From the IMG/VR virus record IMGVR_UViG_2595698524_000001, positions 1 through 64,000 of that record: a stretch of 64,000 nt of DNA; one strand, given 5' to 3'. The notes under the pieces are model-generated. The model did not search any database. It worked only from the letters and a program-made list of their open reading frames with translations, and was not told the origin of the DNA. Positions 37,484 to 45,958 of this stretch are shown here, piece after piece (the stretch's first letter is position 1; each line of letters starts with the position of its first letter). The DNA comes from a virus. Its lineage: Duplodnaviria > Caudoviricetes. Both the position numbers and the translations under genes were made by a program.

Positions 37484-38347
37484 ATGAACGAACTATACAA
37501 CTTCTACGCCAACTGCTTAATCGAGGTGCGCCATCCTGAGCGCGCTGCGCCGTTGTGCGAGTTGGTGATGATGGCCATCGACAACGATTACGAACCTGCA
37601 CTGGAGCAGATTTATAATCTGGAAATGGATGACGTTGCTACGCACATCGACACGCTGGAAGGTTGGATTATCAGCTGCGTAGTAGGGTTAGGTCATCGAC
37701 TGGGTATCGCTTTTGATGCCGACACCTGCTACCGCAATCCGCGTATTCCGCTGTTGGTATTAAAAGCCGTACTGGAAGACCTCGAGAACTTCGAGGACTA
37801 TGAACATTTGCAAGCGATTGCTGAATCGGGCGAGCCGGAAGTGATTGTGTTGGAAAACATGATTCGCTACGTGCGCGGGGATGATTTCTTTGAGATTGGT
37901 TCCGCGATTACGCTGGTAGAGCCACGCATCATGAACGTCATCGGCAACTTCCTGAACGCACGGGCAATCACTGACCAGGCGACGGCAATTGACGATGCTG
38001 AACTGCAACGTTTGGCTAAGTACATTCTGCTGTACCCTGAGAACCCATCCGTCTGGGCTTTCCAGAACGCTGCGCGTACCACTGAGCCGAATGTGTTGGC
38101 AACCACGCTTGTGTTTGAGAACACCGGTGTGCCAGAAGAACGCCTGCTGGAGATTTACGCGGTCGGGATGTCCATTTACAACAACGACACCTTTGACGGG
38201 GCGTATGCCGCACTGGAACAGCGTCTGGCAATTATCAATAACGATGCATTACCTGCCATGCCTATTCTTAAATCGGCGGTAGAGTCACTGCGCGCGATTT
38301 ACGAGGTCACGAATGGACAAGCTTCATTACCTGATAGCGGCGTGTAA
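37484..38347 (+). CDS. conserved protein (phiKZ gp79-like), probably virion-associated
   Basis: 287 aa; TATG at 37455; co-transcribed with the vRNAP subunit. Confidence 0.6.
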   Translation: MNELYNFYANCLIEVRHPERAAPLCELVMMAIDNDYEPALEQIYNLEMDDVATHIDTLEGWIISCVVGLGHRLGIAFDADTCYRNPRIPLLVLKAVLEDLENFEDYEHLQAIAESGEPEVIVLENMIRYVRGDDFFEIGSAITLVEPRIMNVIGNFLNARAITDQATAIDDAELQRLAKYILLYPENPSVWAFQNAARTTEPNVLATTLVFENTGVPEERLLEIYAVGMSIYNNDTFDGAYAALEQRLAIINNDALPAMPILKSAVESLRAIYEVTNGQASLPDSGV

Positions 38348-39608
38348 CAGTCACGCGTGGAAGCGACTGACGTGGCGCATGTCTATCTTTAACGTGTGCC
38401 GGTTTCCGGAGAACGTGGAGCCGAAAGCATACGACCTGAATTTCATTGACGGCATTCCGCACTTCTGGAACGTGGATGAAGATTCGTTGGGGAACTGGGA
38501 AGCGATTGCCGGAACGAAAAAGGATGAAGAACTGTTCTGGCCGGAAGAAGAAATCGCGATTAAGGCGGGGGATTATCCGGGACTGAATAAAGACCTGATA
38601 ACCTCAGCGGGTCGCTATGTCGCCAACTGGATTGTGGTGTACTTCTCAGTGGGCACTCGCTTACCTTATCTGGAAGACGGCACTTCGTTCTTGGTTTATG
38701 AGAACGAACTGTATAGCCGTTGTCTGGAATACGGCACGGATAAGCCGGACGACACGGAAGCGTTGCGCCCGAGCCATGTAGCCGCGTTTATACAGGGCCT
38801 GAGCGAGCTTTCTCCAATGTGTAAGGCGATTGCACCGACAGGCACGTTGCGTTCGTTAGAGACGCATCCAGACCTGTATAAGGTACGTGATGCTTTGCTG
38901 GAGAAGCACAAGGATGAGCTGGATGACCCGGCTGTCGTGGTGAAGATTCAGAAGATTCTGGATGACATGGATACCGAATGGTTGCAGGGCGACCAGTCAA
39001 TCGAGTTCTATAAGTCCAAGAAATCCCGCATGCGTCGTCGTAAGCTGCTTATCATGCACGGGATTGAAGCCGCCTTTAAAGAAGGCGGTGATTATACGCT
39101 GATTCCGACATCGCTGATTGAGGGCGGTGACCTGACCAAACTCGTTGAGAAGTTCAACGGGGTGCGTGAGGGTTCCTTCTCCCGTGGTGCCGAAACAGCA
39201 AAAGGTGGTGAACAGGTTCGAATCATCCAGATGATTTTCCAGAACCACCGTATCACCTCTGACGATTGCGGTACGAAGCTTACACATCTCGTCTTTATTA
39301 ATGAGGCGAATGTCACTCGCTATATCGGCATGAACATGGTTGAGACAGGGAAGCTTGTCCCGTTAACCAAGTCGATGCTGAACGGTATGGTGGGCAAAGC
39401 TATCCGCATTCGACGTCCTATCTTATGCCAACGAGGTCACGTTGACACTTGTGCCGGCTGCTCCAGCGTTGCAAAGTCGAAAGAAGAACGAGCGATTGCC
39501 GCGGATATTTCCGGGGCGATGTCGAACGTTATGTTGAACGCAATGGGTGCAATGCATGGCCGAGATACCGTGGTGGCCGAATTCAAACCCCGATTCCACA
39601 TTACCTAA
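38313..39608 (+). CDS. virion RNA polymerase beta' middle subunit (phiKZ gp80-like)
   Basis: REGSFSRGAETAKGG (bridge helix), DDCGT, RRPILC...CAGC, MGAMH. Confidence 0.85.
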   Translation: MDKLHYLIAACNSHAWKRLTWRMSIFNVCRFPENVEPKAYDLNFIDGIPHFWNVDEDSLGNWEAIAGTKKDEELFWPEEEIAIKAGDYPGLNKDLITSAGRYVANWIVVYFSVGTRLPYLEDGTSFLVYENELYSRCLEYGTDKPDDTEALRPSHVAAFIQGLSELSPMCKAIAPTGTLRSLETHPDLYKVRDALLEKHKDELDDPAVVVKIQKILDDMDTEWLQGDQSIEFYKSKKSRMRRRKLLIMHGIEAAFKEGGDYTLIPTSLIEGGDLTKLVEKFNGVREGSFSRGAETAKGGEQVRIIQMIFQNHRITSDDCGTKLTHLVFINEANVTRYIGMNMVETGKLVPLTKSMLNGMVGKAIRIRRPILCQRGHVDTCAGCSSVAKSKEERAIAADISGAMSNVMLNAMGAMHGRDTVVAEFKPRFHIT

Positions 39609-39618
39609 GGAACTAGTC

Positions 39619-40200
39619 ATGGGAAACCAAGATAAGAACAAACGGCAGTCTACCGCTGAACAGTCCACCGTTGTAGAAACCACCGGTGTGTCACAGGACG
39701 CTGCCCGCCCGGAACTGACCTCTGCCGCGGCTGCTGACCCGCAGACCATCGCGCCTGCTGGTACTATCAACGCCGAAGAGCAGAACGACCTGAAACTGCT
39801 GGGTCAGTTGCTGGAAGAGTACAGCGCAAACTCCGGTATGCATGTTGACCTCAACAGCTCGAAGTCCAAAACGGCGTTCACCAAACTGCACCACGCTTTC
39901 CGCCTGCTGTTCAAACAGCGCGGCACCGCATTCAAACAAGCCTTCGCCCTGTTCGTGAAGTCTGTGGTTGAAGCGAAAACCAAAGCGTACCATCCGAAAG
40001 TGGTTAACTACCATCTGGATAACCTGAACGCTGACGAGCAGACCGCGTTTATCGTGTTCATCAACCTCGTCACCCGCTTTGCCCGTTTCGACAACAAGGC
40101 GAAGTTCGCGAAGAACACCAACGTGTCTCGCCTGACCGAACTGGTTTCCGATCCGGAACTGAAAGGTCTGCTGGACGAAGTGTTCCTCGTCAAGCACTAA
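39619..40200 (+). CDS. hypothetical protein
   Basis: ATG after AAGGA; strong codon bias. Confidence 0.8.
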   Translation: MGNQDKNKRQSTAEQSTVVETTGVSQDAARPELTSAAAADPQTIAPAGTINAEEQNDLKLLGQLLEEYSANSGMHVDLNSSKSKTAFTKLHHAFRLLFKQRGTAFKQAFALFVKSVVEAKTKAYHPKVVNYHLDNLNADEQTAFIVFINLVTRFARFDNKAKFAKNTNVSRLTELVSDPELKGLLDEVFLVKH

Positions 40201-40256
40201 AAAATAAAAGGCACCCTACCTTCCCTCGCGGGAAGGTAGGACCTTTATCTTTTTTT
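40201..40256. terminator. terminator with bidirectional architecture
   Basis: CCTACCTTCCC-TCGC-GGGAAGGTAGG with A and T flanks. Confidence 0.85.
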
Positions 40257-40335
40257 GGATAGATATCATCAGGGTGACAGAACAATCCCGTCTCTGTTTG
40301 AGGTTAACACCTTACAATGGTTGAAAGGAGTGAGA

Positions 40336-40464
40336 ATGAAAAGTCCTACACCCAAGACGATACCTGTCCGCCAGCCTTCGTTGGCCGACACAATTAAACT
40401 GATGGCTAGTCTGACAGGACGACCATCACGTGTTCCCGTTTCTGCAAAATCAAAGGAGTTTTAA
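40336..40464 (+). CDS. 42-aa basic microprotein
   Basis: AAGGAG RBS; own early-type motif at 40259-40277; downstream hairpin terminator. Confidence 0.55.
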   Translation: MKSPTPKTIPVRQPSLADTIKLMASLTGRPSRVPVSAKSKEF

Positions 40465-40468
40465 TTTA

Positions 40469-40521
40469 ATAGGGTGGTGTTAGCGCACCACCCTACTACT
40501 CCATATAATACTTATTTTTTT
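40469..40521. terminator. terminator between convergent genes
   Basis: TAGGGTGGTG-TTAGCG-CACCACCCTA. Confidence 0.7.
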
Positions 40522-40523
40522 GT

Positions 40524-42326
40524 TTACGCGGCTTCTTCGTCGATAGTGGTAACCACTTCTTCGTTAGCTGCGTTCATGCGTTTCAAGAATGCTTCTAACA
40601 CCACATCTTTATCTGGCATCAGGAACAACTCGTTCGCAATTTCCATGGCGTTGACACGGCCGGCGGTCAGGTTAACACCTGCACGACGACGAACTTCTTC
40701 ACTTACCCCTTCGATAGAAATCAATTCGATGATAGTGGTCTCACGAGACTGGTTTGCCATGTTCGTACAAGACGGGTATGCCTGTGTTAAGTCCGCATCC
40801 GCCGTTTGACCACGGAAGGCAGTCAACAGCGATGGTACTTCTTTAACCACATGCAGACCGTTCTCAGCGTTCATGTGTGCCGGCAGGGTAACAATCCAGC
40901 CATCTGTCCCGATAACCTCTTCATCAAAGTCATTCTTAATCGCATTACCCACTGAACCGATAACCAGACCCTGCTCCCAGAGGAAGTAGGTGAACTCGTT
41001 ACAGATACGTTTAGGTAATGACGGGAAGATATCGTACATCGATACACCCGAAAGAATCGTAAGTGCTGAAGACAGGTCGTTCGTCTGTTCATCCAACAAC
41101 ACAATGAGCAAGTTATCCATTATGTTGTATGCGCAGTATTCGAGCGGGAAGTCTCTCTGCGCTTGTATGTGCCAGTCGACGTTGTCTTTATACTCGAGTC
41201 CCGGGATATCTAACTTACCCACCCCCACTTCGGTTTCCAGAATGGCGGAAAGTCGATAGGTCGGGCGGTTACCTTCGTGCGTACGGATTTTCTTAAACAG
41301 ACACATGGCATCTACAGCGTAGAAAGATGCCTGGCAGTACAACACGTGCCACTGGTCAGCAGGTGACTTGGTCAGTGTCTTCGATTCGGTTTTCTTCGAA
41401 GCCTGGTCGCGCTTATACCACACGTTGCGGTATTTGTGCGGCACATCCGGATGGCAGAAGACGTCTTCGTACGGAATACCTTCGGCGTCCAGCTCCTTCA
41501 TCATGATTGTTAAGTCGTAGTCGATGTTCCACGCTACCAGTAAGTCAGGCAACAGTCGGTGAACTTCATGGAACATGGCCACGATACATTGCGCAGGCGT
41601 TGCACAACGGTGAACGAACAGCTCGTACCCGTTTTCCTTAATCAGGTCGCGGTATTCGATTTGCCCTTTCGGGAGTTTCTTGCCCTTTTTATTTTTTGTG
41701 AACGGAACCCGACTTAACAGTTCAATCGTTTTCTTTTCAATGGCCTCATGACCGCCCTTAATACGGTCAAAGTATTCTGCATGCGCAAAGAAGTGAATCT
41801 CTTTGTCACAAACAAATGAGACCATCTCCATACGTTTCGAACCGTCGTCTTCTTTGGTTTCGACGTCGAATACGCAGGAGCGGTTAAGTGATTGTGCATT
41901 CGGATACTTCTCTTTGTACTTCTGTTTAATCCAACTGGTGACCGGTAAGTCTGCCCAATACACAAACGGGCTGCGACATGCCATTTTCAGCGACAGTTTT
42001 GGATTCGGGAAATTGTGCCCCAGCGCCATTTGAATGGTCTGTGACATCTTAACATCCGTCGTGTGGTACTCAACGCACTTCTCACGCAGTTCGAACTCTT
42101 TCTTTTCCTGATGGTTACGGAAAGAAGGTCCTTCGCGGGTAACAAAAATCGGTCGTTTTACGTTCTCACGCATTACCAGTCGCGGGATTTGACGCCCATC
42201 TTTAGTATGGACGACCTCCTTTATGACGACCAAGTCGTTTTGCTTTTCGGCATCGGTCGAGTAGGCGACGGACTTACATTCTTTGCCAACGACATCTTCG
42301 GGGTTAAAGTGTAAGTTGCTTACCAT
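40524..42326 (-). CDS. family B DNA polymerase, 3'-5' exonuclease plus motif A subunit (phiKZ gp82-like)
   Basis: ExoI FDVET, ExoII AWNIDYD, ExoIII YNIMD, motif A DADLTQAYPS. Confidence 0.88.
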   Translation of the reverse strand: MVSNLHFNPEDVVGKECKSVAYSTDAEKQNDLVVIKEVVHTKDGRQIPRLVMRENVKRPIFVTREGPSFRNHQEKKEFELREKCVEYHTTDVKMSQTIQMALGHNFPNPKLSLKMACRSPFVYWADLPVTSWIKQKYKEKYPNAQSLNRSCVFDVETKEDDGSKRMEMVSFVCDKEIHFFAHAEYFDRIKGGHEAIEKKTIELLSRVPFTKNKKGKKLPKGQIEYRDLIKENGYELFVHRCATPAQCIVAMFHEVHRLLPDLLVAWNIDYDLTIMMKELDAEGIPYEDVFCHPDVPHKYRNVWYKRDQASKKTESKTLTKSPADQWHVLYCQASFYAVDAMCLFKKIRTHEGNRPTYRLSAILETEVGVGKLDIPGLEYKDNVDWHIQAQRDFPLEYCAYNIMDNLLIVLLDEQTNDLSSALTILSGVSMYDIFPSLPKRICNEFTYFLWEQGLVIGSVGNAIKNDFDEEVIGTDGWIVTLPAHMNAENGLHVVKEVPSLLTAFRGQTADADLTQAYPSCTNMANQSRETTIIELISIEGVSEEVRRRAGVNLTAGRVNAMEIANELFLMPDKDVVLEAFLKRMNAANEEVVTTIDEEAA

Positions 42327-42371
42327 AGCGGCCCTTCTTATTCGGTTGCTCGATTCTGGATTCTTAGGTAT

Positions 42372-42399
42372 CTATACTAGAGCATTCAATTGTAAAAAA
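42372..42399 (-). promoter_or_regulatory. putative middle-class promoter
   Basis: minus strand reads TTTTTTAC AATTGAATGCTCTAG TATAG. Confidence 0.6.
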
Positions 42400-42413
42400 T
42401 TCTGAGGACTCCC

Positions 42414-43754
42414 ATGGGACACTGGTTAAACCTTGCTGCACGTCTCGCGAACGGACAGCATGTAGCTACGGAATCTATCCGATTCCAAAACCGCGACAAA
42501 TTTGAGAAGGTCACTGCTGCCGTAGCCGAAATGCGTAAGACCGATTATAGCCGTACGGCGTATGAAACGTCGACCATTCCTGCGGTGATTAAGGAATGCT
42601 TCGGTATCACCGTGCGACTGTGCGATGCGTCGGAGCTGGGTCTGGCTGACCAACGTCTGGCTGCCGTGCACCCGCCTGAACTCGACAAGAACCACCCGTT
42701 GGTTCCTGAGTTCCAACGCATTACCTACAAAGGTAACAACGATTTAGGGATTTACAGCAAGTTCGCGAAAGACGGTGTTATCATCGGCGAAGTGAACGAC
42801 CTCGAAGCAACCGTGGGTGGCGATTACAGCAAAGTTATTTGTCAGCTGTACGTCACCCCTGCGCTTTTTGCTGACGAATCTTTCACAGATGAAGAGCTCG
42901 GGGCCATCATTCTGCACGAAGTGGGTCACATCTACACCTACTTCAAACTCATTGGTCGTACGCTGCTGACGAACATGATTGCGGACGCTGCTGCCAACCG
43001 TCTGATGAAAATCGAAGACCCGAAAGAGAAAATGAAGGTTGTGGCTGACGTTGAGAAACTCCTCAACACCAAAATTGCCCAGCCGGAAACTCTGCTGGAA
43101 GAGTACCGCAAAGAGCCTCTGTATCTGCACTTGGTGACCGAGCTGTCACAAACGCGTGTCAATGCGGTGGCGTCTAACGGTTACGTCAACCGTAACTGGG
43201 AACGTCTGGCCGATGACTTTGCCGCCCGTTGTGGTGCCGCTCAGCATCTGGCAACCGGTCTGTACAAACTCGAAACGTCGCCAATGTATCTGGCACGCAA
43301 CAATTCGTTTGTAGACTATGGTACCCACATCGTTGTACAGGCTGCCATCCTGAGCTTTTATATTTACAATGCTGTGTACATGCCGTTCATCACCGCGGGC
43401 TGCTTTATCTTCGGGCTGATTATCACCGACCCGCAGGATTACATCTACGATCAGCCGCATGAGCGTTTCGCCACCATGCGCCGTACGATGATTGAAGAAC
43501 TGCGTATTTACGAAGGTGTAAACAGTAAAGAAGCCAACGAGTACCGCAAGCGTGTATTGCGCGAAATCGCTGTGGTTGATGACCTGTTGTCTCAGGTAAA
43601 CGATAAGTCGAACATCTTCAAACTGTTCCACGATTACCTGACCCCGTCAGGCCGTCGTGAGAAGAAGGCCATCGACTTCCAGCAGGACATTGAGAAATTC
43701 TTGACGTCCGATTTGGCCGTGGCTTCCGCTCGACTGAGCGCCGGGGCGAAATAA
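42414..43754 (+). CDS. internal head/ejection protein with zincin HExxH motif
   Basis: ILHEVGH...ERLADDFA; hydrophobic segment; N-terminal ATE-S candidate maturation site. Confidence 0.7.
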   Translation: MGHWLNLAARLANGQHVATESIRFQNRDKFEKVTAAVAEMRKTDYSRTAYETSTIPAVIKECFGITVRLCDASELGLADQRLAAVHPPELDKNHPLVPEFQRITYKGNNDLGIYSKFAKDGVIIGEVNDLEATVGGDYSKVICQLYVTPALFADESFTDEELGAIILHEVGHIYTYFKLIGRTLLTNMIADAAANRLMKIEDPKEKMKVVADVEKLLNTKIAQPETLLEEYRKEPLYLHLVTELSQTRVNAVASNGYVNRNWERLADDFAARCGAAQHLATGLYKLETSPMYLARNNSFVDYGTHIVVQAAILSFYIYNAVYMPFITAGCFIFGLIITDPQDYIYDQPHERFATMRRTMIEELRIYEGVNSKEANEYRKRVLREIAVVDDLLSQVNDKSNIFKLFHDYLTPSGRREKKAIDFQQDIEKFLTSDLAVASARLSAGAK

Positions 43755-43772
43755 CTTTAACGAGGAACTATC

Positions 43773-44213
43773 ATGACACACAAAGTTACCATGGGTGCGT
43801 TGATTTATGATTTCAAACGCAAGAATGAAGGTAAAGGCGTTCAGGCTACACAGGCGCTGACCACACTTGTTGCAATCACGCTGGCCTATAATGCCCCGCT
43901 GCCGAATAACGGCCCGACCGGTGGTCAGGAAGCCGCTCGTACAACCCTGCGCCCGTACATCACTGATATCGCTTCGCGTATCAACGAAATCATGCACATT
44001 GATTTCACCTCCATTGACTCGCTGTCGATTGCGCTGTACTGCAACCGCTACGAGCAAGCGTGGAACCCGCGTGGCGCTATCGACGCGTTCTCTATCCAGC
44101 AGATTGTCCACGAAGGCATCGGGTCGGACATCTGGGAAACCGTGAAACTGTGGCTGGACCGCTTTATGGACGCCATCAGCTTCTATCAGTTGGAACAACG
44201 CGAAGAGGGCTAA
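43773..44213 (+). CDS. putative head protein
   Basis: 146 aa with GAGGA RBS; in the head-protein cluster. Confidence 0.6.
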   Translation: MTHKVTMGALIYDFKRKNEGKGVQATQALTTLVAITLAYNAPLPNNGPTGGQEAARTTLRPYITDIASRINEIMHIDFTSIDSLSIALYCNRYEQAWNPRGAIDAFSIQQIVHEGIGSDIWETVKLWLDRFMDAISFYQLEQREEG

Positions 44214-44216
44214 GCC

Positions 44217-45917
44217 ATGACCGGAACTACTGGTTTAGTTTCTAACCCTCGCTACCGTTTAGGCGAACTGGGCGAACTGGCTCGCCAGCAAGCGCAGATT
44301 GATGTCAACTCCACGCAGGAAGTCGTTGACTTTCTGAAGAAGACTGACCTCGTTGCTAACCACAATCTGAAAGTGCTGGAAGCACTGGAAGACGTGATTG
44401 CAGAGATTCGCAATTACGGGATGAACACAGACACGTTCATCGCAGTCGAATCTATCCGCCCGGGGACTATCCCTCAGGCGGTACGCAATGTGCTGACCAG
44501 CAACTACTCTCGCACCCATCGTGAAGAAACGGTGGTTGCACTGGAGTCGTACGCACAGGTTGGTAAATACGGCATCCTGCTTCTGCTCGTGGGCGCGGTT
44601 ATCAAAATTCTGTCGTGGATTGTCGGTAACGCTTCTGCGGCTGCCGGTGGTGCAGGTTCAGAAGGTGATGACTATAAGTCCGATGCTGACGGTCGTGTTG
44701 AAGGGGCAGAGCTGGGTGATAACTCGATTCTTGAGTCCCTGAAGTCCAGTTCGGTACGTGATGCTTACGTTACCGTGTTCCCGCAGGCGAAGGATGACAA
44801 GTCGAAGAAAGCGCTGAACGATGTGGCGGCGATTCTTGATGCTCGTGTGCAAGAAGCACAGGGCGAGAATTACTTCAACGACTTGTCTGCAGCGGCCATG
44901 GGCGGTAAGTCATTCTTCGGACCTATCCTCAAGAAAGCGGCCGATGGTGATATCAGTCAACGTGAAGCAACGCTCGAACTGATTACCCAAATCGTGGCAA
45001 CCGGTGCACCGTCTGCTATCTTCAATGACCGTGCCGCACAAAGTGCGTGGGCTGTTCTGCCGAAAGGGGCTAAAGAGTGCGGGGTGCGTTATGCAACTGG
45101 CTCTCTGTTCAAGCGTTATGCGAATAACCTGAACAACTTGAACGGTGATGCGGATAAGCTCACGAAGACTATTGAGAAGGTGGTGTCTAACCTGCTGTCT
45201 AATGCAGCTTCCGACGAACGTGAGGCCGCAAACCTCGCGCTGGACTTCGTACAAGAAGTCTCCACTATCTCAGCGGTGGTCTTCTCCATGCTGGAACGCG
45301 ATGGCAGTGGTAACCCAACGATGTCGACTGAATTGTCGTCTGTTGGCTTCCGTATCAAACCGGACTTCGCTAAGAAGTTGATTGGTTATACCGAAGCGAC
45401 GGGTACCACCGGGTCGTATGAGTTCCGTTACGTGACGTCCTCAGCGTTCATGTGCACAGAACTGTTGACTGACCTTGTGAAGGATTCCGGTATCTCCGAT
45501 ACTGACCATCCGGCACTGTTGCGCTCACTGGTCATGCTCGGCCCAAGCGAGCTGGAATCGAACCCACGTACCGATATTGAGAAATACTCGGCACTGCAGA
45601 AACGTTTCCAGTCGCTGTACGATCAAATCGACACGCTCGGTAAGAAGTTTACCAAAGCGAGTAAGAACCCGCCGCTGTTTACTAAGTTTGAAGAAAACAT
45701 CTTTGACATGATTTCTAAGAACAAGCAGACCGCGGCCATCGGTAAAGACACGGGTCTGTACGAAGTGGGTGCAGCCAGTGACGAACCGGGTTCGAGCTTC
45801 TTCAAGGGTACCAAGGCAGTCTTGGCAGTGTGCCGTGACTTTGCCAAGGTAGGCGGGGCGTTAACGAAGGTTGTTGACCGCCACAACAAATGCCCGTGGA
45901 CGAAGATGAAAAAATAA
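44217..45917 (+). CDS. internal head/ejection protein
   Basis: 566 aa; AVE-S and ALE-S sites followed by a hydrophobic helix. Confidence 0.65.
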   Translation: MTGTTGLVSNPRYRLGELGELARQQAQIDVNSTQEVVDFLKKTDLVANHNLKVLEALEDVIAEIRNYGMNTDTFIAVESIRPGTIPQAVRNVLTSNYSRTHREETVVALESYAQVGKYGILLLLVGAVIKILSWIVGNASAAAGGAGSEGDDYKSDADGRVEGAELGDNSILESLKSSSVRDAYVTVFPQAKDDKSKKALNDVAAILDARVQEAQGENYFNDLSAAAMGGKSFFGPILKKAADGDISQREATLELITQIVATGAPSAIFNDRAAQSAWAVLPKGAKECGVRYATGSLFKRYANNLNNLNGDADKLTKTIEKVVSNLLSNAASDEREAANLALDFVQEVSTISAVVFSMLERDGSGNPTMSTELSSVGFRIKPDFAKKLIGYTEATGTTGSYEFRYVTSSAFMCTELLTDLVKDSGISDTDHPALLRSLVMLGPSELESNPRTDIEKYSALQKRFQSLYDQIDTLGKKFTKASKNPPLFTKFEENIFDMISKNKQTAAIGKDTGLYEVGAASDEPGSSFFKGTKAVLAVCRDFAKVGGALTKVVDRHNKCPWTKMKK

Positions 45918-45958
45918 AGTAAGGCCCTACCCCATCGGGGTAGGGTACCTTTTATTTT
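45909..45958. terminator. bidirectional terminator
   Basis: CCCTACCCC-ATC-GGGGTAGGG with A and T flanks. Confidence 0.85.
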
